From a virus (taxonomy: Duplodnaviria > Caudoviricetes): DNA of 36,351 bases. The translations under genes and the position numbers were made by a program. Where the stretch lies: the IMG/VR virus record IMGVR_UViG_3300020409_000041, positions 1-36,351 of that record. One strand, written 5' to 3'. Shown here piece after piece: positions 4,872-18,800 of this stretch. Each line of letters opens with the position of its first letter. Position 1 is the stretch's first letter. The notes under the pieces are model-generated. The model did not search any database. It saw only the letters and a list, made by a program, of their open reading frames with translations, and had not been told where the DNA came from.

Positions 4872-6818
4872 ATGCCATATACACAGTTTACAAGTCTAGA
4901 TTTCGATGAAATCAAGGTACAAATCAAAGATTTTCTTAGAGCGAACTCAAACTTCACTGATTTTGATTTTGAGGGTTCTAATTTTTCAGTTTTAATTGAT
5001 ACTTTAGCATATAACACTTATATAAACTCATTTAATGCTAATTTAGTTGCAAATGAATCATTTTTAGACTCCGCAACAATTCGTGAAAATGTAGTTTCAC
5101 TTGCCAGAAATATTGGTTATGTACCACGCTCAAAAACCGCTGCAAGAGCGACAATCAACATATCCGATGTAAATCTAGGACCAACAACTGATGCCACTCC
5201 AAACTTCATAACCCTTCAATCTGGACTTATTTGTGTTGGTAGTTCTGAGAACACAACATATCGATTTTCTACATCAGATAATATCTCATCTTCTAGAGTC
5301 ATAGACATAGGTGGTAATTCATTTGCACAATTTGATGATCCAATCACTGTTTATGAAGGAACATACTTAACAAGAGTGTATGTTGTAAATAACTCGGTAG
5401 ACCAAAGGTTTATAATTGATAGTCCAAATATTGATAGCTCAACTTTAAGAGTATTTGTTTCAGGCACTGCTGATGCTGGTCTTGGAAGACAATATCGTAT
5501 GGTAGATAATATATTAAACATTGATAAAAACTCAGAAATATTCCTTGCACAAGAAGTTCAAGACGAAAAATATGAAATTTTATTTGGTGATGGTTTGTTT
5601 GGTAGAAAATTAGAAAATAATGCAATAATTACTGCAAGATATATTGTTACTGATGGAGAGACTGGAAATGGTGCATCAAATTTTAGTTTTCAAGGAACAT
5701 TTACTAAAAGTGATGGAACTCTATTTACTCCATCAGATAATATAACTGTTACCACTGTTACAACCGCTTCTAATGGTGCTGAAGTTGAAGATGTGTCGTC
5801 TATTAAGTATTTTGCTCCTAGACTCTACTCAGCACAATATAGAGCAGTTACACCAAGAGATTACGAAGCTATAATTCGTGATATTTTTCCTCAAACTGAG
5901 TCAGTTGCAGTCATAGGTGGAGAAGAATTAAATCCACCTGAATTTGGAAAAGTTAAAATTAGTATCAAACCTAAAAATGGTACTTATGTGTCAGATTTTG
6001 ACAAAACACAAATTAAGAATAAATTGAAGAGTTACGCTGTAGCTGGTATAAATTCAGAAATTATTGATCTTAAGATACTATATGTAGAGTTGGATACAAC
6101 TGTGTATTATAATCCATCACAGATTTCTTCAGATGCAAATTTAAAGACTAGAATAATAGATTCATTAAATCAATACGGAAACAATATTGAAATAAACAAA
6201 TTTGGTGGAAGATTTAAGTATAGTAAATTAAGTACTTTAATTGACAGAGTTGATAATGGAATTACATCAAATATTACTAAAGTAATTATTAGAAGGGATC
6301 TAAAAGCATTATTAAATCAATTTGCACAATATGAGTTATGTTTTGGTAATCAATTTTTTATAAATCCTGCTGGATTTAATATAAAGAGCACTGGGTTTAC
6401 CATTTCAGGATCATCACAAGTTTCATACTTAACAGATATCCCGAATAAAGATGCTGCTGGTAATTTAGATGGTAGTATGAAAGGAACAATTGGTGTAGTT
6501 TATAAAAATGAAAAGAATGAGCAAACCGTTTTAGTTAAAGAGGCAGGTATTGTTGATTATAAAAAAGGTGAAATAATACTTAATACTATTAATTTTTCAT
6601 CTACAAACTCTCAAAATAATATTATTGAAATTCAAGCATTCCCTGAATCAAATGATGTTGTTGGACTAAAAGATTTATACCTTAATTTTGCTGTTTCTAA
6701 AAGCACAATAAATACGGTTAAGGACGTTATTGCTTCTGGAGAAGATGTATCAGGTATTATATTTACAAGAGATTATTATACCTCTAGCTACTCAAATGGA
6801 GATTTAGAGAGGAAATAA
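4872..6818 (+). CDS. gp6: baseplate wedge subunit gp6
   Basis: LDFDEIK, FTDFDFEGS, ESFLDSAT.RENVVSLAR.IGY.P, FGDG..G, Q.RAVT..DY motifs; 648 aa. Confidence 0.95.
   Translation: MPYTQFTSLDFDEIKVQIKDFLRANSNFTDFDFEGSNFSVLIDTLAYNTYINSFNANLVANESFLDSATIRENVVSLARNIGYVPRSKTAARATINISDVNLGPTTDATPNFITLQSGLICVGSSENTTYRFSTSDNISSSRVIDIGGNSFAQFDDPITVYEGTYLTRVYVVNNSVDQRFIIDSPNIDSSTLRVFVSGTADAGLGRQYRMVDNILNIDKNSEIFLAQEVQDEKYEILFGDGLFGRKLENNAIITARYIVTDGETGNGASNFSFQGTFTKSDGTLFTPSDNITVTTVTTASNGAEVEDVSSIKYFAPRLYSAQYRAVTPRDYEAIIRDIFPQTESVAVIGGEELNPPEFGKVKISIKPKNGTYVSDFDKTQIKNKLKSYAVAGINSEIIDLKILYVELDTTVYYNPSQISSDANLKTRIIDSLNQYGNNIEINKFGGRFKYSKLSTLIDRVDNGITSNITKVIIRRDLKALLNQFAQYELCFGNQFFINPAGFNIKSTGFTISGSSQVSYLTDIPNKDAAGNLDGSMKGTIGVVYKNEKNEQTVLVKEAGIVDYKKGEIILNTINFSSTNSQNNIIEIQAFPESNDVVGLKDLYLNFAVSKSTINTVKDVIASGEDVSGIIFTRDYYTSSYSNGDLERK
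6707..6714 (+). promoter_or_regulatory. putative late promoter within gp6 3' end
   Basis: AATAAATA about 108 nt upstream of the gp7 start. Confidence 0.45.
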
Positions 6819-6821
6819 TTT

Positions 6822-9800
6822 ATGTCACAAATTGACAAAAGAATAAAAGTTAACACGATTATTGAAAATCAGTTACCAGAATTTATCACGGCTGATTTTC
6901 CTAACGCAACTGAATTTTTTAAACAATATTACTTATCACAAGAATTTCAAGGCGGTCCTGTTGATTTAATTTCTAATTTTGATCAATATTTAAAATCAGA
7001 TAATTTAGTTCCAGAAGTAATTCATGGTGAGACAATTCTACCTGTACATTTTTTAAGTCCCTCTCAAGTAAAAGCATCTGATAAGACAATAGAAGTACTT
7101 AGTACGAAAGGATTTCCTGATGAATATGGATTAATTAAAATAGGTAATGAAATTATTACTTATGAGGGAAAAGATGCTACTAAAACTGAGGCTGTCACAA
7201 CTAGTGGTGTTAATGTAGTAAGATTTACAACAACCATAGCTGGAATAAACACGACTAAAATTGCTGTAAATGACATTGTAACATTATCTTCAGTTCAGGA
7301 TCCAGATGATACTATTTTAATTACAAATAATACAAGAGTTACTAATATCGGTTTCCAAAGTGTAGAAGTTGATAAAATTATCACTGCAACTCATCCACAA
7401 GAACCTGTTACAACCTTGAACCCAGTGGTGGGTCAATATACATTTACACATGAAAGATTTTTCTTTACTGAATGTGTTAGAGGTTTTAGTGGAGTCACAG
7501 GATATAATGTTGGAGTATCATCATCACTTCTTGAAGTTAATCGTGAAAAATTAATATTTGAAGATACAGATGCTACTGATCATGAATCAGGAGCGACAGT
7601 TACAAACTTATCAGTTTTATTTTTACAAGAATTTTTTAAAAAATTAAAAAAGACATTTTTACCAGGATTTGATAATAATGAATTTGCATCAAACTTAGAC
7701 GTAGGAAATTTTGTCAAATTTTCTCGATCATTTTATCAATCTAAAGGTATTGAAGAATCAATACGAATATTATTTAAGGTATTATACGGTGTAGAATCTA
7801 AAGTTTTAGATTTAGAGGGTAATTTAGTAAAACCTTCAGATGCTGAGTTCATAAGAAGAGAGGTTATCATTACTGATCTAATTACACCTAATAGTAACCC
7901 TCAAAATTTAGTAGGACAAACAATATATAAATCAAATGATCTTAACACAAATGCATCAATATCTGAAGTTGAAATACTTCAAAGAGAAGGTAAAAGTTAT
8001 TACAAAATATCTTTATTCATAGGTTTTAGTGATCGTGATTTAATAGAGGGTGTATTTACAATACCAGGTAAAACAAAAGTTTTAACTGATACTCCTGCAG
8101 GATCTTCTATTATATCAGTTGACTCTACAGTCGGATTTGGAACCACTGGTACTCTTATAAGTGGTCAAAATTTAATAAATTATACATCAAAATCAATAAA
8201 TCAATTCTTTGGTTGCACTGGAATTAATATTGGTATTGGAACAGCTCATGATATTAGAGATAATGAAACAATATTTGGATATGAAAATGGTGATTTATCA
8301 AAAAGGGTTGATTTAAGAATCACTGGAGTATTATCAGAATTTGAATCTGTCAGTGACATAAATTTAGTAAATGAAGGAGAGTTGATATTTGTAAAAAATG
8401 TAGGTGAAAAAATACAGAATGATAATAGCTCATATAAGGAAAAATTTGCAAATTCTTGGAAATATAATACAAGTTCAAGATTTCAAGTCGATATTTCAGG
8501 ATCAACTTTTACATTAAAAACTGATATTGACAAATCTAAACTGAAGACAGGTGATAGATTTCAAATTTTAAGAAGAAACGAACAAGTTGTTGAAAAAGTT
8601 GGTATAGTAAGTGAAATTACCCCAAGTCTTGGTCAGTTTACTGCATCGGGCGTAGCTGGGTTCGTTCAAGATCCAAATGAATCTTATGATATTCGTAGAG
8701 TAATTGAAACAGCATCAAGCACTGGTGTTGAAATAGAAACTGGAAACGATACATTAATATCTGATGTTTTAAATGTATATACAGATTCAGATATTGATGG
8801 ATATGTAGCATCTAATTCACTACCCAGTTATAATATTACATCTAAAAAAGTTTCTGCTGCAACATCTTCTTTAAGTTTTGAGGGGTATAATTCTTTAACT
8901 GAAACATATAGTTTTATTGATTTTCCATTAGAAGTAGGTGAAAATTTACAATTTATTCAGGGTGATGCAGTAGTTTATAGTCCTGAAACGGAAGTTATAT
9001 CTGGTTTGGAATCAGGAAGAACATATTATGTTGATCCTATAATTGTTCAGAATCAAAATATAACAAAACTTGCTCTATATGAATCATTAAGTCAAGTCGG
9101 TGGTGCAAGCACAGCACAAATTGGGATAGGAACTACTACATCTATAGATCACAATTTTATTTTACAGACACAAGGTAATAAAAAACTATATGTTGATAAA
9201 ATTTTAAGAAGAATTCCTTTATCTCAAAATTTATTTGTATCTTCTAAACATGAAACACCAGTTAATGATATAGGTATATTAAGAGATGGTGTTCAGATAA
9301 GATCACCAATTTCCGATGATAATATTTACTACGGACCTCTTGAAAAGATTGATGTATTTAATACAGGTGATGGTTATGATGTATTAAACCCTCCCGTAAT
9401 AGAAGTTGAAAATTTAACTGGAAATCCAGCTTTGGTTGAACCAGTAATAAAAGGAACTGTAAAAGAGATCCTTGTAGATCCTCAAAATTTTGATATTGAA
9501 GCAGTTGATAGTATTTCATTATCTGGAGGTAATGGATCAGGATGTAAATTACAACCAGTCGTGGGTAATAGATTTAGAACGATTGAATTTGATAGTAGAG
9601 ATATATTTTTTGGAGGTGGTATAGACACTACTGAAGAAACTATTACATTTAAAAAAGAACATAATCTTGAAAACGGGCAACTAGTTTACTATAACAGCAA
9701 CGGTAACGAACCAATTACCACTGGAAATGCATTTGATGGTTCACAAGCTATTACAGGTGCATTATCAGATGGTGATCCATATTTTGTTAGAGTAATTAAT

Positions 9801-12800
9801 TCATCAACAGTTAGAATATTTAATACAGCATCTGACGCACTTTTTAGTGAAAATAATGCAGTCGGAGTTAATACTGTTGGATTAGCAACAGATACAGTAT
9901 TCGGTGGTACTCATAAATTTAGAACTGAAAATGTCAATACTTTATTTTCAGTGAAGGTTATTAATCCTGGTGAAGGATACACTTATCGAAAATTAAGAGT
10001 TGATCCAACTGGTATATCAACATCATATGATACGATTAATTTTGTAAATCATGGATTTGAAAGTGGAGAAATAGTTAATTATTCATCTGATACTGTAATA
10101 GGGGGATTAAGCACATCCACATCATATATTATTAAAAAAATTGATGACGATTCCTTTAAACTAGCGAATGCTGGTGTTGGTGGAACATCAACCTTAGATT
10201 ATGACCGAAATAAATTTGTTAATTTGACATCTGTTGGTGCAGGATATCATGTATTTAAGTATCCAGATATAACAATTGATATAAACGTTTCTTATGCTTC
10301 AACTGTCACTGGTAATATTAATTTAACACCAATTATTACAGGTGAAATTATCGACACATATCTTTATGATAAGGGAAGTGATTATGGATCAAAAATACTA
10401 AATCATCAAATTAAACCTAAAATTAATATTCTCAATGGATCAAGTGCTGCAGTAAAACCGATTGTGGTTGATGGGAGAATTGAAGAAGTAGTTGTCGTTA
10501 ATAAAGGAAAAAATTATAATTCTTTACCTGATATAGAAATATCTGATAATTTCGGAACTGGTGCAATAGTTAGACCAGTTACTGAAAATGGTAAAATTAT
10601 TGATACGATTGTAATAAATTCTGGTATAGGTTATAGTAGTTTTTCAACAACAGCAAGAGTAAAACCAAGAGGGTTGAATGCTAATTTAAATGGAAGAGTA
10701 AGATCATTAACTGTAAATGGTACAAGATTTGGTGATTTTAGTCTTACTCCAAGAGAAGATTTTTTAACTTTTGGTGTATTTGGATATTCTCAAAATATCG
10801 CAAATTCACTTGAAAATTCTTTTGATATCAAAGATAATGGTGAATTTGATAAAATAACAAAACATTCACCAATTATTGGATGGGCATATGATGGAAATCC
10901 AATATATGGACCTTTTGGTTACTCTGATCCAGATAATATAAATTCTGATCTCAAAATAATTGAATCCTCTTACATTTTAAATGATACTAACCTTGTTAAT
11001 AGACCAAGTGGATTTGCACCAGGTTTCTTTATCGATGATTATTATTTTAATGAGTCTGGTGATTTAGATATTCATAATGGTAGATTTGGAAAAACTCCTG
11101 AATTTCCTAACGGAGTATACGCTTATTTTGCCACTGTAGAGTTAGGAGCTACCACAAACCAAATAGAATCAAAATATCCATATTTCATAGGTAAAAGTTT
11201 TAGATCTCCATTAATTGAAGATAATTTATCAATGAATCATGATTTTGATTTTAATAATTCTAATTTATTAAGAAATACATTTCCTCATAATGTAGATGAA
11301 AAATTTGGTGATAATGATTTTATTATTGAATCTAATGAGGCACTAAGGCAATCAACACAGGTGCTATCGGTTACTCAGGGGGGAATTGATAACCTTGTTA
11401 TTTTAGATGGAGGAACAGGATATAGAATAGGGGATGTAACAAATTTTGACAGTCAAGAAACAAGTGGATCTGGTTTTAGTGCGGAAGTTAGTGAAATAGT
11501 TGGTGTTGATATTAGTAGATTAGATACTTCACTGGAACGTTTTGAGGATGCAATTTTTACATGGAAGAATAATAACGAAGTAATTGCGACATATCAACCA
11601 TTCATGGAATTTGATAATCTAAATTCAGCATTAATATCAGGACTTAGCACTACAATTGTTAATTTGGCAGGATCTTTTAATATTGGAGTTAAAACTGATA
11701 GAGTCGGTTTATCACGGTCAATGACCGCATCTACAAGTTCTAATATTGTAGATATTGTTGTAACTAAAATTCCAAATACAATATCTGTTGGTGGATCAAT
11801 AAGAGTTGGATCAGGAAATACAACAGATACTGAAGTTCTAAAAGTTTTGGAATTATTTAATGAACGAAGAACAATACGTGCTTTGAGAAATACTGGTATT
11901 GCTCATACACTTGGATCTCATATTGACTTTCTTAATACTTCAATTAATATACCAGTTAAAACTAAAAAATTTGATTCAAAGGTAAATGATATTGTATATT
12001 TTAATGGTAAACAGTCAGTTGGTGTAGGAACAACAGCTGGTGGTGGTATTAGTGTTGATTATTGGATAGGTAATGTCAAAGAAAATTTATCAATCCCAAC
12101 AAGGACTATACATATTCCAAATCATCCTTTTAAAACTGGTCAAAAAGTATCATTAAATAAAAAAACTGGATCTGCTAAATTTGGAGTTTCTGATAATGGA
12201 GAGGTGCAAACTTTTCAAATACCACTAAGTGGTCAATCCATGGATCTTTACATTATTGATAAAGGTAAAAATTTTGTTGGATTGTTAACAACCAAAGTTG
12301 GTATCGGAAGTACAAGTGAAGGGTTATTTTTCCACTCCAATGGAACACAAACAGGAATTGGATCAGGATTGTATAATTTAAGTTCTAAATTTAATCAAAT
12401 TACTGGAGATATAGACAAAGTAATAACTACAGTTGAAACAAATGTTGCTGCAGCAGACACTACAACTCACGGATTACAGAATGGTGATATAGTAAAAATG
12501 AATGTTGTACCAAACCTTGCAGTTGGTATTGGAACAACTACACCGATTGCAGTTAAATTCAATTCAGAATATCAAAAATTACTTTTGAATTCAATTACGT
12601 TTAATGCGTCTGATGTTGAAGCAAATCGTATTGATGTTGATAATCATGGATTAGTAACAGGTGATAAAGTATTTTATCAAGGATCTGCAACAGGTTTAAG
12701 TGTTGGATCATATTTTGTTAATAGAATTAATAATAGATATTTTCAATTAGCAGAAACTTCAAATGATTTATATACAACTCCACCAAAAATAGTATCAATA

Positions 12801-15800
12801 ACTGCTAATACTGGTGGTGCAAATCAATCAGTATCTTTGATTAATCCTAAAATTACATCATATAAAAATTCTAAGTTAAGTTTTAATTTATCAGATTCAT
12901 CATTATCTGGATATCAATTTAAAGTATTTTACGATAATAGTTTAACTAATGAATATCTTAGTTCTCAAGACACATCAAACTTCAATTTATCTTCTTTAGG
13001 AACTCCTGGTAATGTCGGTGCTGCCTTAACAGTTAATTTTTCATCATCAACACCACAAACTTTATATTATGGAGTAACGAAAGGTGGTTATATAAGCACA
13101 TCAGATACTGATGTAATACGTGCTAATGAAATTGTTTTTGTAGATAGTGTATATTCAGGTGTATATAATATATCAGGAGTTACAACTAATAAATTTAATA
13201 TATCACCTAAAGTACCAGAACTTACAACTTATTTAAGCACTGATTGTGAGAAATTAGAATACTCAACAAAATCCCCCAATGTTAAAGGAAAAATTAAAAA
13301 CTTTAAGATATTATCATCAGGATTTAATTATAAAAAATTACCTAAATTCAAGTCAGTAATAAGTGTAGAGGGTACCAATGCAAACATTGTCCCAGAATCA
13401 AAAACAATAGGTAGAATTAACGATGTTAGAATTATAGACATTGGTTATGAATATTCTTCTGATAAAACATTAAGTCCAGAAGCTCAAGTTGCACCCGTTC
13501 TTGAAATTGATGACCTTGATACAGTAAAATCTGTTGACATTATCAGTGGTGGTATTGACTATATTAATGCACCTGATTTGCTTATTTTTAATCCAGTAAC
13601 AAATACTATTGTTGACAACTCATCATTAGTTGCAATCGCCCCAAGTCAAACTGTATCAAGTGTTAAAGTATTAGCACCTGTATCAGGATTAGATTCTATA
13701 AATCATCAAATTATTGCAATTAATAATTCAAATGGTGTAGGCATCAATTCAATAATATCAAGTAATTCTGGAATGGTAACTTGTTTTCTTGAAACACCAT
13801 TTAATGGTTTTGTTGATCCTCAACCCTTTGCAATAGGCGATGAAATATTTGTTGAGGGAATACAATTACTCGGTGATCTTGGAATAGGTAATACACAAGG
13901 GGGAATTTCCACAGTCACATCAACAGGAGATGGATTTAATTCAGAAAATTATAACTTTAAATTCTTTAAGGTTGAGGATTACATATCAGGTGTAGAAGCA
14001 ATTCTTAAATTTAATTTATCAGGGTTGACAACTAATCCTGGTATTGCAAAAACTTTTCAATCAGGTTATGCCACCATAATTAATAAAAATAAATATCCCG
14101 ACATAAGACCTGTACAAACTAGAGGTGAATTTGAGTTAAATGAACTATTATCAATAGGTAATAATTTAACTGATTTAAGGATTGTTGAAATAAGAGATGA
14201 TTATATAAAAGTAGATGGTAAATTCAATCTTAAGATAAATGATCGAATTACAGGTAAAGTTAGCGGTATTACAGCAACTGTTAGCAAAATAAATGGAAAT
14301 AGAGCTAAATTCAAAGTTGATTTTTCTAATAGGAAAGAGTATGGGTGGTTAGATGATATAGGAAAATTAAATACAGATTATCAAGTCATACCTGATAATG
14401 ATTATTATCAAAATTTATCATACACAGTAAAGAGTACAGTCGAGTGGGAAAAATTTGTCAATCCATTGAATAGATTAATTCATCCTGCAGGATTAAAAAA
14501 TTTTTCAGATACTTCTATTGAATCACAGGTAAAAGTAGGTGTTGGAACAACTGCAAAGACAAATGACACAATAACTCTTGATGTATTAAACATTCTTGAA
14601 TTGAATGATTCACAAAGAGTGGATGCAATTAATAATTTTGACTATGCAAGAGATTTTGATTCTAGAACTAATAAATCTAAATTTTTAGAATTATCAACTA
14701 AAAAATTAGCAGATTTTACAAGGTGTAAATCAAATAGAGTGCTTATTCATGATGATATTAGTAATAATTTTTCTAATACAGGTAATAAAGCAAATGATAC
14801 ATTGATAGAGACTCTATCAGAAGATTATGGAAATTATTTAATACAAATTGTCGATCCCGATACATTTGATATTCAATTCTCAGAATTAGTTGTTTTAACA
14901 AACGAGTTAGATGCATTTTTACTTGAAAAATCAACTGATTTTACTACATTAAAATTAGGTGATTTCTCTACAGAAATTCTTGAAACTGGAGTGAAAAATT
15001 TAATATTTGATCCAACAGAGAAATTTACAAAAGATCATGATATAAAAATATTAAAGATTGACTTCAATACTGACTTAGTAGGTATAGGCACAGAATCAAT
15101 CGGAAATATTGATTTAACAGGTGTTGTAAGCACCGCATCTACTGCAACTACGTCAACTATTGTAGAATTTCCTAAGACAGATTTTAATGGATTATATGCA
15201 AATATTTTTGTGCAAGATAATTCTACAAAAGAAATTAATTATAATGAAATAATTCTTGATTTTGATGGTGTCAAACCTACAATGTCTCAAGCATATTTTG
15301 ACACTAAGAAAGGATTAAGTAATAGTGCAGTGGGTATTATCACAGCAAAATTTGAAAACAATCTTATTAAATTGCAATGTGAAAATAACAGTGCTAACAA
15401 TTTAGATATTAGAGCAAATATTGTAGGATTAGGAACTACAACTACTGGAATTGGTACTTACAGATATTCAGTATTAGGTCAACCTCCTGGTGCTGAAAGA
15501 AGTGTAAGATTAGAGTCAGGTTTTATTACTGGAACTGGAAGTGCCATAACATACAATACAATTAGTAAAAATTTAGACAGCACTGTAAAATCGTTAGTAA
15601 GAGTTTCATGTGGAAACACTTCCGCAATTCATCAGTTAGTAACAATCAGAGATGATGATGATGTCCTTACTGTGCAATATCCATTTGTATCAGTAGGATC
15701 TACATCTGGTATTGGTACATTTGGTGGAGAGATATCTGGCAATGATATAAATTTAAGATTCTATCCAGATTCTGAATTTAATTCTTTAATCAAAATTCAA

Positions 15801-18800
15801 TCTTTCAATCAAATTTTTTACACTGAAAATGATTTCAACAATACTCCTCCTAACTTAAATTATGGACCAGTTACACAACAATTATTTTTAACAGCTTATG
15901 ATGGAAAAGATGGTAAAAGATCTGATAAAAAAATATTTAATTTAACTCATGAGGGTGTTCCAATATACACAAAAACTTTTGATCCTACAAACACAGGTAT
16001 TTTAGATAAAACAACTGGTATATTCAATATCCCAGATCATTTCTTCAGTAATAAAGAGGAATTAGTTTACTCTCCAGAAACAACTTTTGTTGGAACATCA
16101 GCTACCGCTGTATCAATCGGATCTACGACGAATATGGCAGGTATTGTTACAACAATTCTTCCATCAACAGTATTTGCAAAAGTAATAAACAAAGATAGTT
16201 TCCAATTAGTTACAAGACCTGAGTATATTAATTCTGGCAATGTAGTTACTTTTACTGGAACTGGTTCAGGTAATTCCCATAAAATTTCTATGGCCAAGCA
16301 ATTGACGAAAACAATGATTGGTTTAGATGGTGTTGTACAACAACCAATTACGTTCACAAGAATTACACATAGATTAGATGGAAATATCGGTATAGCTCAA
16401 ACTCAATTTGTATTAAGTGGAATAAGTTCAATTCAACCATCAGATGTTTTGAAGATAGATGAAGAGTATATGACAATAACTGAAGTTGGACTCTCAAGTA
16501 TATCAAATGGATTGATAAATGATGCAACTGACGTAGCACTTGGAATTGCAACTTTACCTACTGTAAGAGTTGAAAGAGGTCAATTAGGAATATCAGCTTC
16601 AACTCATGCCGATAATGCACTTGTTAAAGTTCACAGAGGAACATTTAATATTGTAGATAGTAAGGTAATTTTCACTGAACCTCCAAAAGGAAATACCAGA
16701 TCAAGAAGAAATCTTAGTAATTTACCTTTTGTTAAAGCAGATTTTAGCGGTAGAACCTTTTTAAGAAGTAATTACACAACAAATATGTTGTTTGATGATA
16801 TATCTGATTCATTCACAGGTATTGGAAAAACTTACTCTTTGACTGTTGGTGGAGCAAATACATCTTCAGGTATAGGAATTGGAAATGGAGTGGTATTCAT
16901 AAACGGAGTTTTCCAAACACCTTTAACTACAAACAACGTTGGTAATAATTATGAAATTATTGCAGATACGACAGCAGGAATTTCAACCATACAATTTACA
17001 GGTATTACATCTGAAAATGGACAATTTATTATTTCAGAGGGTGATATCAATCAAAATCAAGTTCCAAGAGGAGGTTTAATTGTATCTCTCGGATCAACTG
17101 CTGGATTAGGTTATGCTCCATTACAAGGTGCAAAGGTAAAGGCATTTAAAAATGCTGCTGGTGGTTTAACAAGTATAGTGGGTATTGGAACATCTTCTGG
17201 ATTTAATCTTGGTATTCAGACTGCAATTTACAGCAATACAACGGGAATCATAACAGTTACAACTAACGAAGTTCATGGTTTTGGATTAGAGAGACCAAAT
17301 ACAGTCAAATTGAAGAATTTAGAATTTAGTTGTGTTGGATATAGTGGAGTCACTACAACATTCTTCCAAGATCATGAACGACCATTATTTGTTGTTGGGA
17401 TAGTCTCTGATAGAACATTTGAGGTGCAAGCAGGTCCTAGCACGATTGTTCATACCTATGTTGGTGGAGGTGTTGCTTACGAATTCTTTGAGGATCTAAC
17501 ATTTGGTTCGGGATATAGAGGTGGTTCAGTTGCAATAGGTGTTACAGATCAAGCGTACGTTCATAGATTTGTAAGTGCTGGTATTGGTTCAATAAGAAAA
17601 GGTAGTTTTGCAGGTCAACAGTTTACAGCAACTGACGCAGTATATACATCACATACAGGAGAACTTTTACTCACTATTCCTAATCATGGATTATCAACAA
17701 GCGATACTGTTGGTATTGTCAATGGTGGATTAGTATTCAAGTGCTCAAAAGATAATTTCTTCTCCAATCATCCATATCCAAGAGCAGTATCAAAAACGAG
17801 TTTCCCTAATTCAGATCCTGTTTCTGGAATACAAACAGCAATTATTTCAGTGACCACAGACACAATACTACTAAACGTTGGTGCTGGTGGTGGTGGTGGA
17901 ACAGGTGCAGAAATTTCTGCAATAGTTGGTGCTGGTGGTACACTTGCATTTACAATTGATAATCCAGGTTCAGGATATGTAAATCCTGAAATAATCATTC
18001 CCGAACCAAACTATGACAATTTACCTATAATAGGTGTGTCAAGACGTGCAGAAGGTGCAACAACTGATACTGGTTCTAATTTATTATTAGATGTTGAAGT
18101 GAGTGCAGCAGCAACAACAGTTGGAATAGGATCTACATTATTTGAGATTAAAAAATTTAAGGTTGCAAGAGATGGACATTCATTTAAGGTAGGAGATAAA
18201 TTTAAACCAATTGGTTTAGTAACTGCATCACATCTATCAAAACCAATAAATGAATTTGAGTTAGAAGTTATTGAAATATTTAATGATAAATTTTCTTCTT
18301 GGCAATTTGGTGAAATTGATTTTATTGATAGTATTAAAAATTTACAAGATGGATCAAGAACAAGATTCCCATTGTATTTTAACGGACAATTGCTTAGTTT
18401 CCAGAAAGATCCTAGTATTGTAGATTCTGATGAAATAGACTTAGATGCTGTTTTACTTATCTTTGTCAATGGTGTATTACAAAAACCAGGTGAATCATAT
18501 TTCTTTAACGAGGGTGGAACAACCTTTATATTTAAAGAAGCTCCAACTGGAGAAACTTTTCCTGGTGCTAATGATAATGATAAAGTAGATATTTTCTTCT
18601 ATAAAGGTGAAGAAGGTGTAGACGTAGATATTGTAGATATTCAGGAAAGTGTCAAAATTGGTGATGACCTTCGTGTAATGAAGTCACCATTGACAAACAC
18701 TGTTGGTTTAACAACTACTCAAACAAATGAAAGAGTGATAAAGCAAATAGTAAATGCAAATACACTTGAAACTGACATCTATTCAGGAAAAGGGGTAGAT

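Noticed and set aside
2180-5625. Short minus-strand and alternate-frame ORFs (2180, 2399, 3396, 3681, 3888, 3930, 4282, 5410)
   Set aside because: Antisense or alternate-frame shadows of recognised genes, with no promoter or family motif
17878-17942. (GGT)n run
   Set aside because: Simply encodes a GAGGGGTGA glycine linker of the common structural repeat
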